Positions 27,997 through 37,616 of a DNA stretch of 55,363 bases are shown here, one piece after another. Numbering within the stretch: position 1 is the first letter of the stretch; each line of letters begins with the position of its first letter. The notes below the pieces were generated by a model, which made no database searches, was not told where the DNA came from, and saw nothing but the letters and a program-made list of their open reading frames with translations. The DNA lies in the NCBI GenBank assembly GCA_964549945.1, contig CAZJXD010000003.1, positions 64,328 through 119,690 of the forward strand. The letters run 5' to 3'. Both the position numbers and the translations under genes were made by a program. The DNA is from an uncultured Desulfobacteraceae bacterium (GTDB taxonomy: Bacteria; Desulfobacterota; DSM-4660; Desulfatiglandales; B25-G16).

Positions 27997-29035
27997 GGGG
28001 GCGTTGGCTCATTGCGTTGTTGCGCCTGACCGCTTCAGGCCATGAAGGCTCAAAGAGAAAACAGGCCACCCGATGTTCCTCTGCAATTTCTCCCAACAAG
28101 GGCTTGATCTCCCTGCACACGGTCATGGCATGGGGACACCTGGGGTGGAACCGGCAGCCCTTGGGAGGATCGATGAAATCGGGAATGTTCCCCGTGATCC
28201 CGACGAGTTTCTCCTCACGCATAGAAAGGTTTGGAATGGCCCGCAGAAGCCCTCTGGTATAAGGATGAGAGGGATTCCCAAAAATCCGTTCAATGGTGGT
28301 TAATTCAACGATGTTGCCGGCATACATGACTGCAATTCTTCGGCACACGCTGGCCACCACGCCCAGATCATGGGAGATCAAGAGAACCGAATGATGAAAT
28401 CGCTCAACAAGCTCCTTGATCAATCGCAGGATCTGGGCCTGAATAGTGACATCCAGGGCAGTGGTGGGCTCATCGGCAATGAGGATCTCGGGGTCGCCGG
28501 CCAAGGCCATGGCAATCAAAACCCGCTGCCGCATCCCTCCGCTGAATTCATGGGGGAATTCCTTGATCCGCAATCGTGGATTCGGGATATGAGCCGCGTC
28601 GAGCAAACCAATGGCTTTCTCCCGTGCCTGGCTTCGGGATATGGCGCCATTTCTATGATGGGCATGGGCCTGGATAACATCGATCATCTGTTTTTCAATG
28701 GAGAACACGGGATTCAGATAGGTCATCGGGTCCTGGAAGATCATGGCGATCAAATTTCCCCGAATCCTCTCCCATTTCTTTTCGGGCAGAGAGAGGAGGT
28801 TCTGGCCGTGAAAGCGGATCTCGCCTGACACGATGCGCGTCGGCGGAACCGGAAGGAGGCCCAGAATCGCCTTGGCCGTGATCGACTTGCCGCAGCCGGT
28901 CTCACCTACAAGCCCCAGGGTATCGCCCGTTCCCAACCGGAAGGAGCAGCCGTCGAGGACTCGGGCCCTGCCCTCAAAGGTGTCGAAATGAATCACGAGA
29001 TCCTTTACCTCTAGGATGCTTGAGTCCGCGTTCAT
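27965..29035 (-). CDS. Peptide ABC transporter ATP-binding subunit (OppD/DppD-like)
   Basis: GETGCGKS, FSGGMRQR, ADEPTTALD, GCRFHPRC. Confidence 0.93.
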   Translation of the reverse strand: MNADSSILEVKDLVIHFDTFEGRARVLDGCSFRLGTGDTLGLVGETGCGKSITAKAILGLLPVPPTRIVSGEIRFHGQNLLSLPEKKWERIRGNLIAMIFQDPMTYLNPVFSIEKQMIDVIQAHAHHRNGAISRSQAREKAIGLLDAAHIPNPRLRIKEFPHEFSGGMRQRVLIAMALAGDPEILIADEPTTALDVTIQAQILRLIKELVERFHHSVLLISHDLGVVASVCRRIAVMYAGNIVELTTIERIFGNPSHPYTRGLLRAIPNLSMREEKLVGITGNIPDFIDPPKGCRFHPRCPHAMTVCREIKPLLGEIAEEHRVACFLFEPSWPEAVRRNNAMSQRPHELPRSQRSQ

Positions 29036-29973
29036 TCCCGATAATATCCTCTGCTCTGCGGATCCAAGATGTCTCGGAGACCGTCTCCTAGCAAATTAAA
29101 TCCCAATACGGTGATAAAGATCGCCAATCCCGGAAACAGGGCATACCACCACCAGTTGGGAAGGTAGTTCCGGGCTACACTGATCATGGCCCCCCATTCC
29201 GGCGCAGGCGGCTGAGCGCCCACGCCCACAAATCCCAGGCCTGCGGCCGCCAAAATGGCCATTCCCATATCCATGGAGGCCTTGATAATGATGGGAGAGG
29301 TGCAGTTCGGGAGGATATGCAGAAAGATGATCCGGGCCTTGCCTGCCCCCACTGACTGGGCTGCCTCGATATACGCCTCCTCTTTGAGGGACAATGTCTT
29401 GCCCTGGACCAGACGGACATACCCAGGCCACCAGACCAGGGAGAGCGCAATCATGGAGTTCGTGATTCCGGGGCCCAGCGCCCCGATAATGGCCAGCGCC
29501 AGGACGAGCCCCGGTATGGAGAGAAAGATGTCGGTGATCCGCATGATCACCTCGTTGACCCAACCCCCGACAAAACCGGCGGTAATGCCCAAAGGCACGC
29601 CAATCCCCATGGCAACGCAGACGATGATCATGCCGATCTGCAATGATATTCGCGTACCGAGGATGACCCGCGTAAAGATGTCTCTGCCCATTTCATCGGT
29701 TCCAAACCAGAACCGGGAATCAGGCGCCATGAGCTTTTGAGACATGTGGACCGATCCGGTGCCGTCCTCTGGAAAGGGAACGGTTATCGGCCCGATGAGG
29801 GCGATGAAAAAGAAGATCCCCACGAGGATCATGCCGGTGACCGAAAGGGGGCTTCGGCTGAATAGATACAGCGACAGGCGGATGTCGCGAAAAAGGCTCT
29901 CGTGTTCCTCTTTCCATTGGTCCCAATAACTATGTGTTTTTGAGGGCTTGCGGTCTATCAACACGTCATTCAT
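29032..29973 (-). CDS. Peptide ABC transporter permease (OppC/DppC-like)
   Basis: FGTDEMGRD, EAA loop YIEAAQSVGA, PEWGAM, NLLGDGLRD. Confidence 0.93.
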   Translation of the reverse strand: MNDVLIDRKPSKTHSYWDQWKEEHESLFRDIRLSLYLFSRSPLSVTGMILVGIFFFIALIGPITVPFPEDGTGSVHMSQKLMAPDSRFWFGTDEMGRDIFTRVILGTRISLQIGMIIVCVAMGIGVPLGITAGFVGGWVNEVIMRITDIFLSIPGLVLALAIIGALGPGITNSMIALSLVWWPGYVRLVQGKTLSLKEEAYIEAAQSVGAGKARIIFLHILPNCTSPIIIKASMDMGMAILAAAGLGFVGVGAQPPAPEWGAMISVARNYLPNWWWYALFPGLAIFITVLGFNLLGDGLRDILDPQSRGYYRE

Positions 29974-30973
29974 AACGAACCCTCGGGTCTAGGGCGCCAT
30001 AGACAAGGTCTATAATAAGATTGGCCACCATGAAATTGATCCCGATCAGGAGCGTCACCCCCGTGATAGGCTGGAAGTCCGAATAAACGGCTGACTGTAC
30101 CGCGTAGAGTCCGATGCCCGGCCAGTCAAATACCGTCTCCACGAGTATAGTCCCGCCAAGCATCCACCCGTAGCGAAGCCCCACCATGGTCATGGTGGGA
30201 ATCAAGGCGTTCTTCAGGGCATACTGGCCAATGATGCGTTTTTTCGAAATCCCATGGGCACGAGCGCTCACAATGAAATCCCTGCTGAGCACTTCCAGCA
30301 TCTCGGCCCGATTCACCCGAATGATACTGGCCAAGGCCGGAAATGAGAGCACAAAGGCCGGCAGTAGGATGTGCCGGAGCGCGTCTAGGAAGGTATACCA
30401 TTTCCCCGTAAGGAGGCTATCGACCAAAAACAGGTGGGTGATTTTGGGAGGGGGTTCGGTCAACATGCCCAGCCGTCCGCCCAACGGGAGGAAGTCGAAT
30501 CTCAGGGCCAGGAAAAGCTGAAGCATCAAGGCCAGCCAGAACATGGGCAGGGCCATTCCTGAAACGGATACGATCCTGGCCGCGTGATCCAGAGAACGAT
30601 CCCGATAGACCGCACAGAGCACACTGAGCGGGATGGCCAGCACAACGGCGAGGAGGAGGGAAAACACGGTCAGCTCAAAGGTGGCGGGAAAGAATTGAAT
30701 CAGGTCATCCATCACGGAATGTCGGGTGCGAATGGATTGTCCGAGGTTTCCCTTGAACAGGCCTTTGAAATACTCAAGGTACTGAATGGCCAATGGCTTA
30801 TCGAGGCCAAACTCCTTGCGCATGACCTCCACCATCTCCTCCGTGGCATCTGGCCCGGCCGCCAGGCGGGCTGGGTCTCCAGGAGCCACCCGGGCAACCA
30901 GGAAGATGACGGTGATGAGGCCGAATAGGGTTAAGATAATGAGCAAGAGCCTCTTGACGATGTACTGCTTCAT
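29966..30973 (-). CDS. Peptide ABC transporter permease (OppB/DppB-like)
   Basis: PGDPA, FIVSARAHG, ETVFDWPGIG, LDPRVR. Confidence 0.93.
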   Translation of the reverse strand: MKQYIVKRLLLIILTLFGLITVIFLVARVAPGDPARLAAGPDATEEMVEVMRKEFGLDKPLAIQYLEYFKGLFKGNLGQSIRTRHSVMDDLIQFFPATFELTVFSLLLAVVLAIPLSVLCAVYRDRSLDHAARIVSVSGMALPMFWLALMLQLFLALRFDFLPLGGRLGMLTEPPPKITHLFLVDSLLTGKWYTFLDALRHILLPAFVLSFPALASIIRVNRAEMLEVLSRDFIVSARAHGISKKRIIGQYALKNALIPTMTMVGLRYGWMLGGTILVETVFDWPGIGLYAVQSAVYSDFQPITGVTLLIGINFMVANLIIDLVYGALDPRVRYE

Positions 30974-31011
30974 CTATGTCCATATGCCCGTGTCCTCGGG
31001 CTTGAAAAGTG

Positions 31012-31044
31012 AGGTGGGGAACGACCTGCACGAGTTCCCCACCT
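31012..31044. terminator. Intergenic stem-loop after the substrate-binding gene
   Basis: AGGTGGGGAAC...GTTCCCCACCT 11-bp inverted repeat. Confidence 0.55.
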
Positions 31045-31058
31045 TGTAATGATACCGG

Positions 31059-32645
31059 CTATTTCTCTATATAGAGGGGATACATGTCCACCTCGCCGGT
31101 GAAGCGCATGGGGCAGAACACAAATCCCTTGACATAGTCTCGAAAGGCCCAGCGGCGGTTATATTGCATGCCGAATATCTCGGGGGCATCGTCCAAGATC
31201 ATGTTCTGGATCTTCTCGTAGTACTTCATACGCTCATTAAAGTCCGCGATGGTGCGAGCCTTATCGGTCAGGTCCCACACCTCTTGGTTGTTGTAATAGG
31301 CGCTTCCGTAATATTTGCCCCAGGAACCCTTATGATATTGGTAGGCCACCACATCGGGATCATTGAAGATGGGAGTGGTAAAAACCGCCATCATATCCGG
31401 TGAGGTATCCACCTTGGACCCTCTGGCCACCATGTTGGGCCATGCCAAGGGAACCATCTTGACCTTGATCCCCAGTTTGGAGAGGTTGTCGATCAGGACC
31501 AGCCCGATCTTGCGCTCCTCCTCCAGTCCCTGCACGTACACGTATTCCAGCTCGAATCCGCCGTCGGGATACCCGGCCTTCTTCATATACTCCTTTGCCT
31601 TTTGCAGGTCCTGTCGATAGATCTTGTGCTTCAAGGACACATGCCCTCTCAGGCCTATGGGGAATGGGCTGTCCTCAAGAATGGCATTGCCATTGTAGAT
31701 CTTGATCAAGGAGTCGTAATCAAAGGCATAGCAGATGGCCTTGCGTATATTGATATCCTTGGTATAGCCCTTCTGATTGTTCATCTTGACGCCAAAGGTC
31801 GTCACTCCCGGGTCGTTCGTCACATAGATACCCGGCATCTTTGCCACAAGATCAAATTCCTCGGGGCTTAATCCCTCAACGATATCGCATTGGCCCTTTT
31901 GAATGGCAATCCGCTGTGAACTCGACTCCCGAATCAGCTTGAAGATGAATCCATTGATATGATTGGGGTTTTCCCAGCCGCGCCAGTAATCCTCCACGGC
32001 CTCCAGCTCATAGAGGACCCCATGCTCCCATCGTTTCTTTTTAAACGGCCCTGAGCCGGCATCGCCGTCCTTCATCCACTCCTGGCCCATGTCGCCGTCC
32101 TTTTCGTGAGCCATCACCACCTTTGGGTTCATGATGTACCACCAGGGAAACACCGAGGAAAAGGGCGCATACGCTTTTTTCAGGCTAAAGCGTATCGTGT
32201 AATCATCGACCACCTCGATGCCCGATGGGTCCAGCACGTCCAGAAGCATCCAGGCAGGGCCCTTCTTGATCTTAAGGGTTCGATCGAAGGAGAATTTCAC
32301 CGCGTCGGCGGTCACAGGGTCACCGTTATGGAATTTGGCATTTTTAACCAGATGAAAGGTCCAGACGCGTGCATCCGGGCTCGACTCCCATGTGGTGGCC
32401 AACCAGGGGATGACCTTGGGCGGGCTGCCCACATACTTCAGCAAGGCATCATAAAGGCTTTGCTGAAGCATTCGGGTTGACCAGTCATAGTACTGGCTCG
32501 GATCGATATTGGGAGCGGGCTGTCTTCCGCCGAACACCAGGATCTTTTTCCCGTCGCTGATTTCCAAAGCCTGGCTTGCACCGCCCAACACGAGAAGAAA
32601 CCCCACACACAACACCGTTGTCAAAATCCATTTTCTTGATCTCAT
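31059..32645 (-). CDS. Peptide ABC transporter substrate-binding protein (family 5)
   Basis: Signal peptide, AKFHNGDPVTADAVKFS, GSGPF, IRKAICYAFD. Confidence 0.93.
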   Translation of the reverse strand: MRSRKWILTTVLCVGFLLVLGGASQALEISDGKKILVFGGRQPAPNIDPSQYYDWSTRMLQQSLYDALLKYVGSPPKVIPWLATTWESSPDARVWTFHLVKNAKFHNGDPVTADAVKFSFDRTLKIKKGPAWMLLDVLDPSGIEVVDDYTIRFSLKKAYAPFSSVFPWWYIMNPKVVMAHEKDGDMGQEWMKDGDAGSGPFKKKRWEHGVLYELEAVEDYWRGWENPNHINGFIFKLIRESSSQRIAIQKGQCDIVEGLSPEEFDLVAKMPGIYVTNDPGVTTFGVKMNNQKGYTKDINIRKAICYAFDYDSLIKIYNGNAILEDSPFPIGLRGHVSLKHKIYRQDLQKAKEYMKKAGYPDGGFELEYVYVQGLEEERKIGLVLIDNLSKLGIKVKMVPLAWPNMVARGSKVDTSPDMMAVFTTPIFNDPDVVAYQYHKGSWGKYYGSAYYNNQEVWDLTDKARTIADFNERMKYYEKIQNMILDDAPEIFGMQYNRRWAFRDYVKGFVFCPMRFTGEVDMYPLYIEK

Positions 32646-32705
32646 CGTACCCCTCCTTTTTTAAGAGTTACTATGTTGAAGAACAGACGAATTTCCCCTG
32701 TTCAA

Positions 32706-32997
32706 TTATGGGGCCAGAAGCTCTGCTGCTGTCCTGGCGACGATGGCATTGGCCACCAGCACGGGCCTTCGTGTAATATCTCTCATCACTGGGCGATGAT
32801 CGGTGGAGAATCCCATGCAGTGAAGCACTACGAGGTCCACCCTTGGGGGCAAGGGATCGAATCTCCTCCATGGAGAGCCCGTCAAGCGCACCATTCTCGA
32901 ACACCTCGATATTCGCACCGAGCACCTGTGACATGTTTGGCACAATATCGTCCCGGGGAGACTGGCCCACCGTGATCATGCCAACGCGCTGATTCAT
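32706..32997 (-). pseudogene. AroM-family gene with large internal deletion and frameshift
   Basis: N-terminus MNQRVGMITVGQSPRDD..GALDGL is in one frame, and C-terminus VDLVVLHCMGF..PVLVANAIVAR..ELL in another. They join near 32840, about 95 codons in total. Confidence 0.75.
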
Positions 32998-33935
32998 CCT
33001 CCCTCCCGCGTTCTCAGCTTTTCCATCGAACCGTAGAGCTTCTTCAGCCTGGCAAATTCTTGCGCATCGTAGAACCGGCAGGTGCCCAGCCCAAATACTT
33101 TGGCCACCTCTACCGCAAACCGGGACGCCATCTCTAATCCCAGGGGCATATTGGCGCCCGAGGCGGACCCCGGCACCGCTGACCGCGTGGTTACGGCAAC
33201 GCCGACAACCGGACAGTCGGTCAGGACCGATGGCTGCATGATGCTGTTTAGATGATAGATCCCATTTCCATAGGGCGTGATATCCTGCATGGTGACTGGA
33301 AAGGCACAGGGGAAATCCCCTGTGACCCACTCCATGATCCGCAGCAGATCCTCACTGACCCTGAGAATGTAGCCCTCCTTCACCGTGGGAGATATGGCGA
33401 AGCCCTGGTGATTGATGACGCGGTTGCCCTTTGTGGTATCCACTGAAAGAATGGCATCCATGTCCGGATGGAGTTCTGCGGCGATCTGGTCAAACAGGGA
33501 AACCGGGGATCCCATAAATGGCGTGGGCTCATGGGGCTGCGTAGGCGCGTTGCCACAGATATGGGTTGAGACATAGACATCGCCTGGACACAGATCCCCC
33601 CTTTGTCGCATCCTCGCCAGCTTGAGGCCGGCGCTTAGGGCTACAATCGCGCCGTCCGCATCGGAGACAAGCCCCAGGATATCCGGCCTGGCTCCAATAC
33701 CACCAAGGGTTCCGAGAATGCCTAAGGTTGGCGCATCCCCAGATCGTGCCTTTCCCTTGGCACCGGGGATGCATATCTGTAGGACGTCCGTTTGTCCTTT
33801 TTCTCCCTTTATCGTTTTCAGGCCCAGGGGAGGAAGGCCTAATGGAGTGAACAGGGCTGCCACTGTTTCGCCGCTGACGTGTGCATCATCCAAGACGTCA
33901 CATATCTCAATGACTTCCTTTATGAGCATAGGCAC
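32994..33935 (-). CDS. DUF1177 family protein
   Basis: GTLGGIGARP, VSDADGA, SVDTTKGNR, SPTVKEGYIL, DITPYGN. Confidence 0.85.
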   Translation of the reverse strand: MPMLIKEVIEICDVLDDAHVSGETVAALFTPLGLPPLGLKTIKGEKGQTDVLQICIPGAKGKARSGDAPTLGILGTLGGIGARPDILGLVSDADGAIVALSAGLKLARMRQRGDLCPGDVYVSTHICGNAPTQPHEPTPFMGSPVSLFDQIAAELHPDMDAILSVDTTKGNRVINHQGFAISPTVKEGYILRVSEDLLRIMEWVTGDFPCAFPVTMQDITPYGNGIYHLNSIMQPSVLTDCPVVGVAVTTRSAVPGSASGANMPLGLEMASRFAVEVAKVFGLGTCRFYDAQEFARLKKLYGSMEKLRTREGG

Positions 33936-34091
33936 CTCTTTTTTGAGGGTTTAAGACGAGGACTCAAAGGGCCGGTTTTTCATCGAAATCAGCCCTGAAT
34001 AGATCAATGTGGCAGGTACCACGGAATTTTCCCGCACTCAAGGCGTTAGGAGCCGCAGTCAACCGATGGAGTGATGTCTTTTTCTGGGCGC

Positions 34092-34121
34092 ACTATAAGA
34101 CGGAGTAAAATATCCTGTCAA
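34092..34121 (-). promoter_or_regulatory. Sigma70-type promoter for the DUF1177-ABC operon
   Basis: Minus strand TTGACA-18 nt-TATAGT. Confidence 0.5.
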
Positions 34122-34293
34122 GCGGAAAGCTTAGTGCTTCGATTCGCAAATATAGTCACGTATCTAAACGAGAGATCTCTTTACAAACGCTCACTCAGCG
34201 CTTAGTCCCGAGTGAATAGATATGTTACCTTATATATGAATCGAGGGACTTAGATAGTGGCACCGACTTCATCCACCGCGTCTGCTCGGTACC

Positions 34294-35370
34294 TCATGGC
34301 TCGAGCAGGTTCTTGCCAACGGCCTGTTCGGCTTCTCTAATGGCCTCCGGCAATCGAACCCCCTCGCCGAGGATGAGATGATCTCTGGGTACCATCAATA
34401 CCGCGACCCTGTCGCCCTGCCGAATCTCGGCGGAGGAGACCGGTAGGCCGCTTTCGAGGGAAAGCAGGGTGATCAGATCGGGAAAGCTCGCCCTCCTTTT
34501 GCCATCAAGCTCCAGGGTCATGAACTCATTCCAAAAGCTCAGCTCACACGGCATGTCCCCTGTTATGTTGATCAAACCGATATCATAGCCCCCCGTAGTC
34601 TCGAGGCTCAATCCAGCAACCTGGCCCTTGCATCCGATCTCGCCGCCAAGGACGGACACGGTCGCCCGTATCACCGCATCTGGGCCTTGGTCGCGAGCGG
34701 CCATGACAGCCTCACCCACCTTGATGGCCTGAGAGGTGCCGCCCGGCGCAGCGTGCGTTCTGAGATATGCCGCATCGATCGGATCCCGGCTCACCGCTAC
34801 AATCCCGCCTGCCTGGATTGAGGCATGTCGTATCAGGTTGGCGGTGACCTCCAGCTTTCCCTGGGCTGACATTTCCAGATACCGGCCGGTTTCGGGATTC
34901 CCACCCGCTGCCGACTGTACCGAGATATAGCCCTCGAGCCGGTGGATGCCCATCGCCCCCATAAGGCCTGTCGGATGTGCTCGACCGTTGGCTGGCGCGT
35001 CGATCATGGGAATGCCCATGGCAGCGGCTTGAAGCCACCCATTGACCCCAGAGCTCGCGCCATTCTCGTTGGCAATGATGCCCGCCAATTCCTCGGGCCG
35101 AGTCTCGAGGAGCAGCTCAAGAGCCCTGATGTGATCGACCGGTCGAACGAACCTCTCCGCAGCCGCGGGCGCCCCTACTGCCGAGGCTGTGACAACCAGG
35201 TCGTCGTCGTCCAGGTCATCGAGGGTCATCAGCACAGGGCTGCCCAGACGCACCGCAAGCGTGGCCCGCTCAAGCCCATCTTCTATGTCACCACCCCCGC
35301 CACCGCCGAGCACGGCACCACCCAGCACCGCGGCCTCGGCTAAACGCGTATCAAGTCGCATAGCGCTCAT
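34294..35370 (-). CDS. DUF917 family protein
   Basis: GGAVLGGGGGG, VGAP, ENG, NGRAHP, GGYDIG, NEFM, FPDLI. Confidence 0.85.
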   Translation of the reverse strand: MSAMRLDTRLAEAAVLGGAVLGGGGGGDIEDGLERATLAVRLGSPVLMTLDDLDDDDLVVTASAVGAPAAAERFVRPVDHIRALELLLETRPEELAGIIANENGASSGVNGWLQAAAMGIPMIDAPANGRAHPTGLMGAMGIHRLEGYISVQSAAGGNPETGRYLEMSAQGKLEVTANLIRHASIQAGGIVAVSRDPIDAAYLRTHAAPGGTSQAIKVGEAVMAARDQGPDAVIRATVSVLGGEIGCKGQVAGLSLETTGGYDIGLINITGDMPCELSFWNEFMTLELDGKRRASFPDLITLLSLESGLPVSSAEIRQGDRVAVLMVPRDHLILGEGVRLPEAIREAEQAVGKNLLEP

Positions 35371-36133
35371 ATGACCTCCCTTGTTCGATCAGGATTCATC
35401 AGGCTTTGGATTTTAATGAGATAGGTTCAATGAGACAATCTTGGCGTCATTAAGCGAGAGATGGCATCGAAGGCCGAGATTGTCAAGGAAAAAGAGTTTG
35501 AAAAAGATGGTGACATACATGGGCTCGGGCATAAGTATGAAGGTATCTCGCGGCTGATTCTCCGAATAAGGTATTGAACGACGTTATATAGAATAAGGAT
35601 TTTCGCGGCGCACACAGGCAAGGGAAGGCCACGATTCAAGGCCTCGCCCCATTAGATTTGATCGCCTTATGCCTTAAGCCCTGCGCCTTGAGCCATTCCT
35701 GCTCCAATCATTCTCCGTGACGCCGAAAAATCTCTTTATTTCTTATTTACCGGAAGGTTTACTCGCCTACCAATAACCAAACACTGCCTCGAAGCGTTCT
35801 GGTTTTTTTTATTTACCAATGGACGTGCCGCATTTCTCTGACCTTCACCTTCCCTTTTTCATTGAAATTTGAGGTTTACATGGCGTATTCTTCCTAAAAA
35901 GAAGTAAGATAAAAGAAGTACAGAGTCAGTACATCTCGCAGACAGGCTATGAAATTGAGGCATTTCAATGAACCTAGAGCGGGCAACAATTGAAGGCCAT
36001 GAGGAAGATTGGTTTGTCATAGCTAATGCTGCCGTCCGAACGAGACTAAGAAGCTATCTGAACAATAAAAGGTTACCCAAGGGATGAGATCAGGAAGAGC
36101 TATTGATAACCAGAAAATCAGAGGAGATTGACA

Positions 36134-36337
36134 ATGACAGAAAAGCTTCGCTTACCGTATGATAGACGTTCCGGGCTAGATCGACGCAAAATATATAACT
36201 TGGTGTACAGCCATGTTAAAGGTACGGAAAGAAGGAGTGGGAAGGAACGAAGATCTGGAAATGAAAGGAGAAAAGGATGGTTCAGGGTGACGAAGTGGTC
36301 CAGTGTCCTCAGATTACAGCCCCAAGATATGGAATAG
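36134..36337 (+). CDS. Small Arg-rich protein with (D/E)RRSG repeats
   Basis: DRRSGLDRR...GTERRSGKERRSGNERR. GAGGAG SD upstream. Confidence 0.7.
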   Translation: MTEKLRLPYDRRSGLDRRKIYNLVYSHVKGTERRSGKERRSGNERRKGWFRVTKWSSVLRLQPQDME

Positions 36338-36408
36338 TGTTTGCGGCATAGACAATAATACCATCACCAGATGTTAAGAATAGAGAATCTTCCGAGATTG
36401 CCGATATC

Positions 36409-37161
36409 TCACAGCACGTTCTTGACGATTAACACAAAGGCAACTCCCAACAGGATCCACCCAAAGATCAGTTTCACTGATTTTGAATCCAACTTTTCTG
36501 CCATCAATCGAGATCCTATCTGACTGCCTAAAAACACCGCCAGAACGCAAAGTATCCAAACACGCCACACAGGCCGCGCAGCCGTGGCAATGTGCGAGAT
36601 GAAACTGGAACTCCCTGAAAAGCTCACCACCATAGCCGAGGTCGCCGCTGCGACCTTTGCCTCTAGCCCAGCCATATAGAGAAGAGGGACCACAAAACTA
36701 CCGCCCCCGCGTCCTATTAACCCCGCAAAAAAGCCAAGTGCGCTTCCGGCTGTGATTCCTAACAGAATCCGCTGCCTGGATGAAAGGCCATTGCTCTTTG
36801 GCCTCCAGCCGCTGAGCATCAATGCGCCTGCCGAAGCAGTGAACAACGCGAATATCAAAATAATCGGTTTTGTGGGTACCTGCACGTTGATCCAGGTACC
36901 AACGGGCGCTAATAGAACCATGGAGATACCAAAGGGGATTGCCACCCTCCATTCGATCATTTTTTTTCTTCCATAGGTCCAGGAAGCCGAAGAACTATTG
37001 ACCACATTTAACAACATACCCAGGGGGATTGCCTGGGTCTTAAAATCCATCCCAAGCCAGAACAAAATTGGGATATAGAGTTGGGAGCCGCCCAAGCCAA
37101 TCATCGCAAAGACGAATGCGATGAGAAAAAAGATGGGAGGAGCAAGATACATAGCATCCAC
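36409..37161 (-). CDS. TauE/SafE-family (sulfite exporter-like) membrane protein
   Basis: GLGGS..IP and AGLIGRGGGSFVVP internal repeat, about 8 TMs. Confidence 0.85.
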   Translation of the reverse strand: MDAMYLAPPIFFLIAFVFAMIGLGGSQLYIPILFWLGMDFKTQAIPLGMLLNVVNSSSASWTYGRKKMIEWRVAIPFGISMVLLAPVGTWINVQVPTKPIILIFALFTASAGALMLSGWRPKSNGLSSRQRILLGITAGSALGFFAGLIGRGGGSFVVPLLYMAGLEAKVAAATSAMVVSFSGSSSFISHIATAARPVWRVWILCVLAVFLGSQIGSRLMAEKLDSKSVKLIFGWILLGVAFVLIVKNVL

Positions 37162-37616
37162 TTTGTATTATTCCTTTTGGAGATAGAGTTTTCAGCTCGC
37201 TTTCAAACCCCTGCGAGGCTGAACTCTTGAGGGATTCCCGAGAGATGTATGTAAATACTATAGACTGAATCTGTCAAGGGCAGATTCCCTCCTTTCTTTG
37301 ATGCGGTTGAATGTTATAGGTCATCAGGAGGGAAATCTATGATATCGTAAGTGTATAGGCAATTATCGGGCCGGTTCACCTTGTTCCCCCTGCACCGCCT
37401 TTCTGCTGTTGCGGAATAATAACTTGACACGCAATCCCAGGGCCGGGTATAAGTCTTATACTAGAAGAGAACGTCCTTACCCTCATACACTCACCTATTA
37501 AACATCAAAAAAGCATTCATCCACGCCCTCCCCCATATCCACCACTGTTCCACCGTACTGTCATACCCAGCATACTATAACCCCCAATCTTGAAAATAAA
37601 GAGAAAGGAGAGGACT

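Noticed and set aside
32671-33330. 219-aa ORF overlapping DUF1177
   Set aside because: Only the part from ATG 32997 is meaningful (AroM N-terminus). The rest is off-frame overlap.
35665-35695. Short GCCTT-based heptamer-like repeats (similar tract near 3685-3740)
   Set aside because: Too short and degenerate, with no spacers. Not CRISPR, just low-complexity intergenic repeats.
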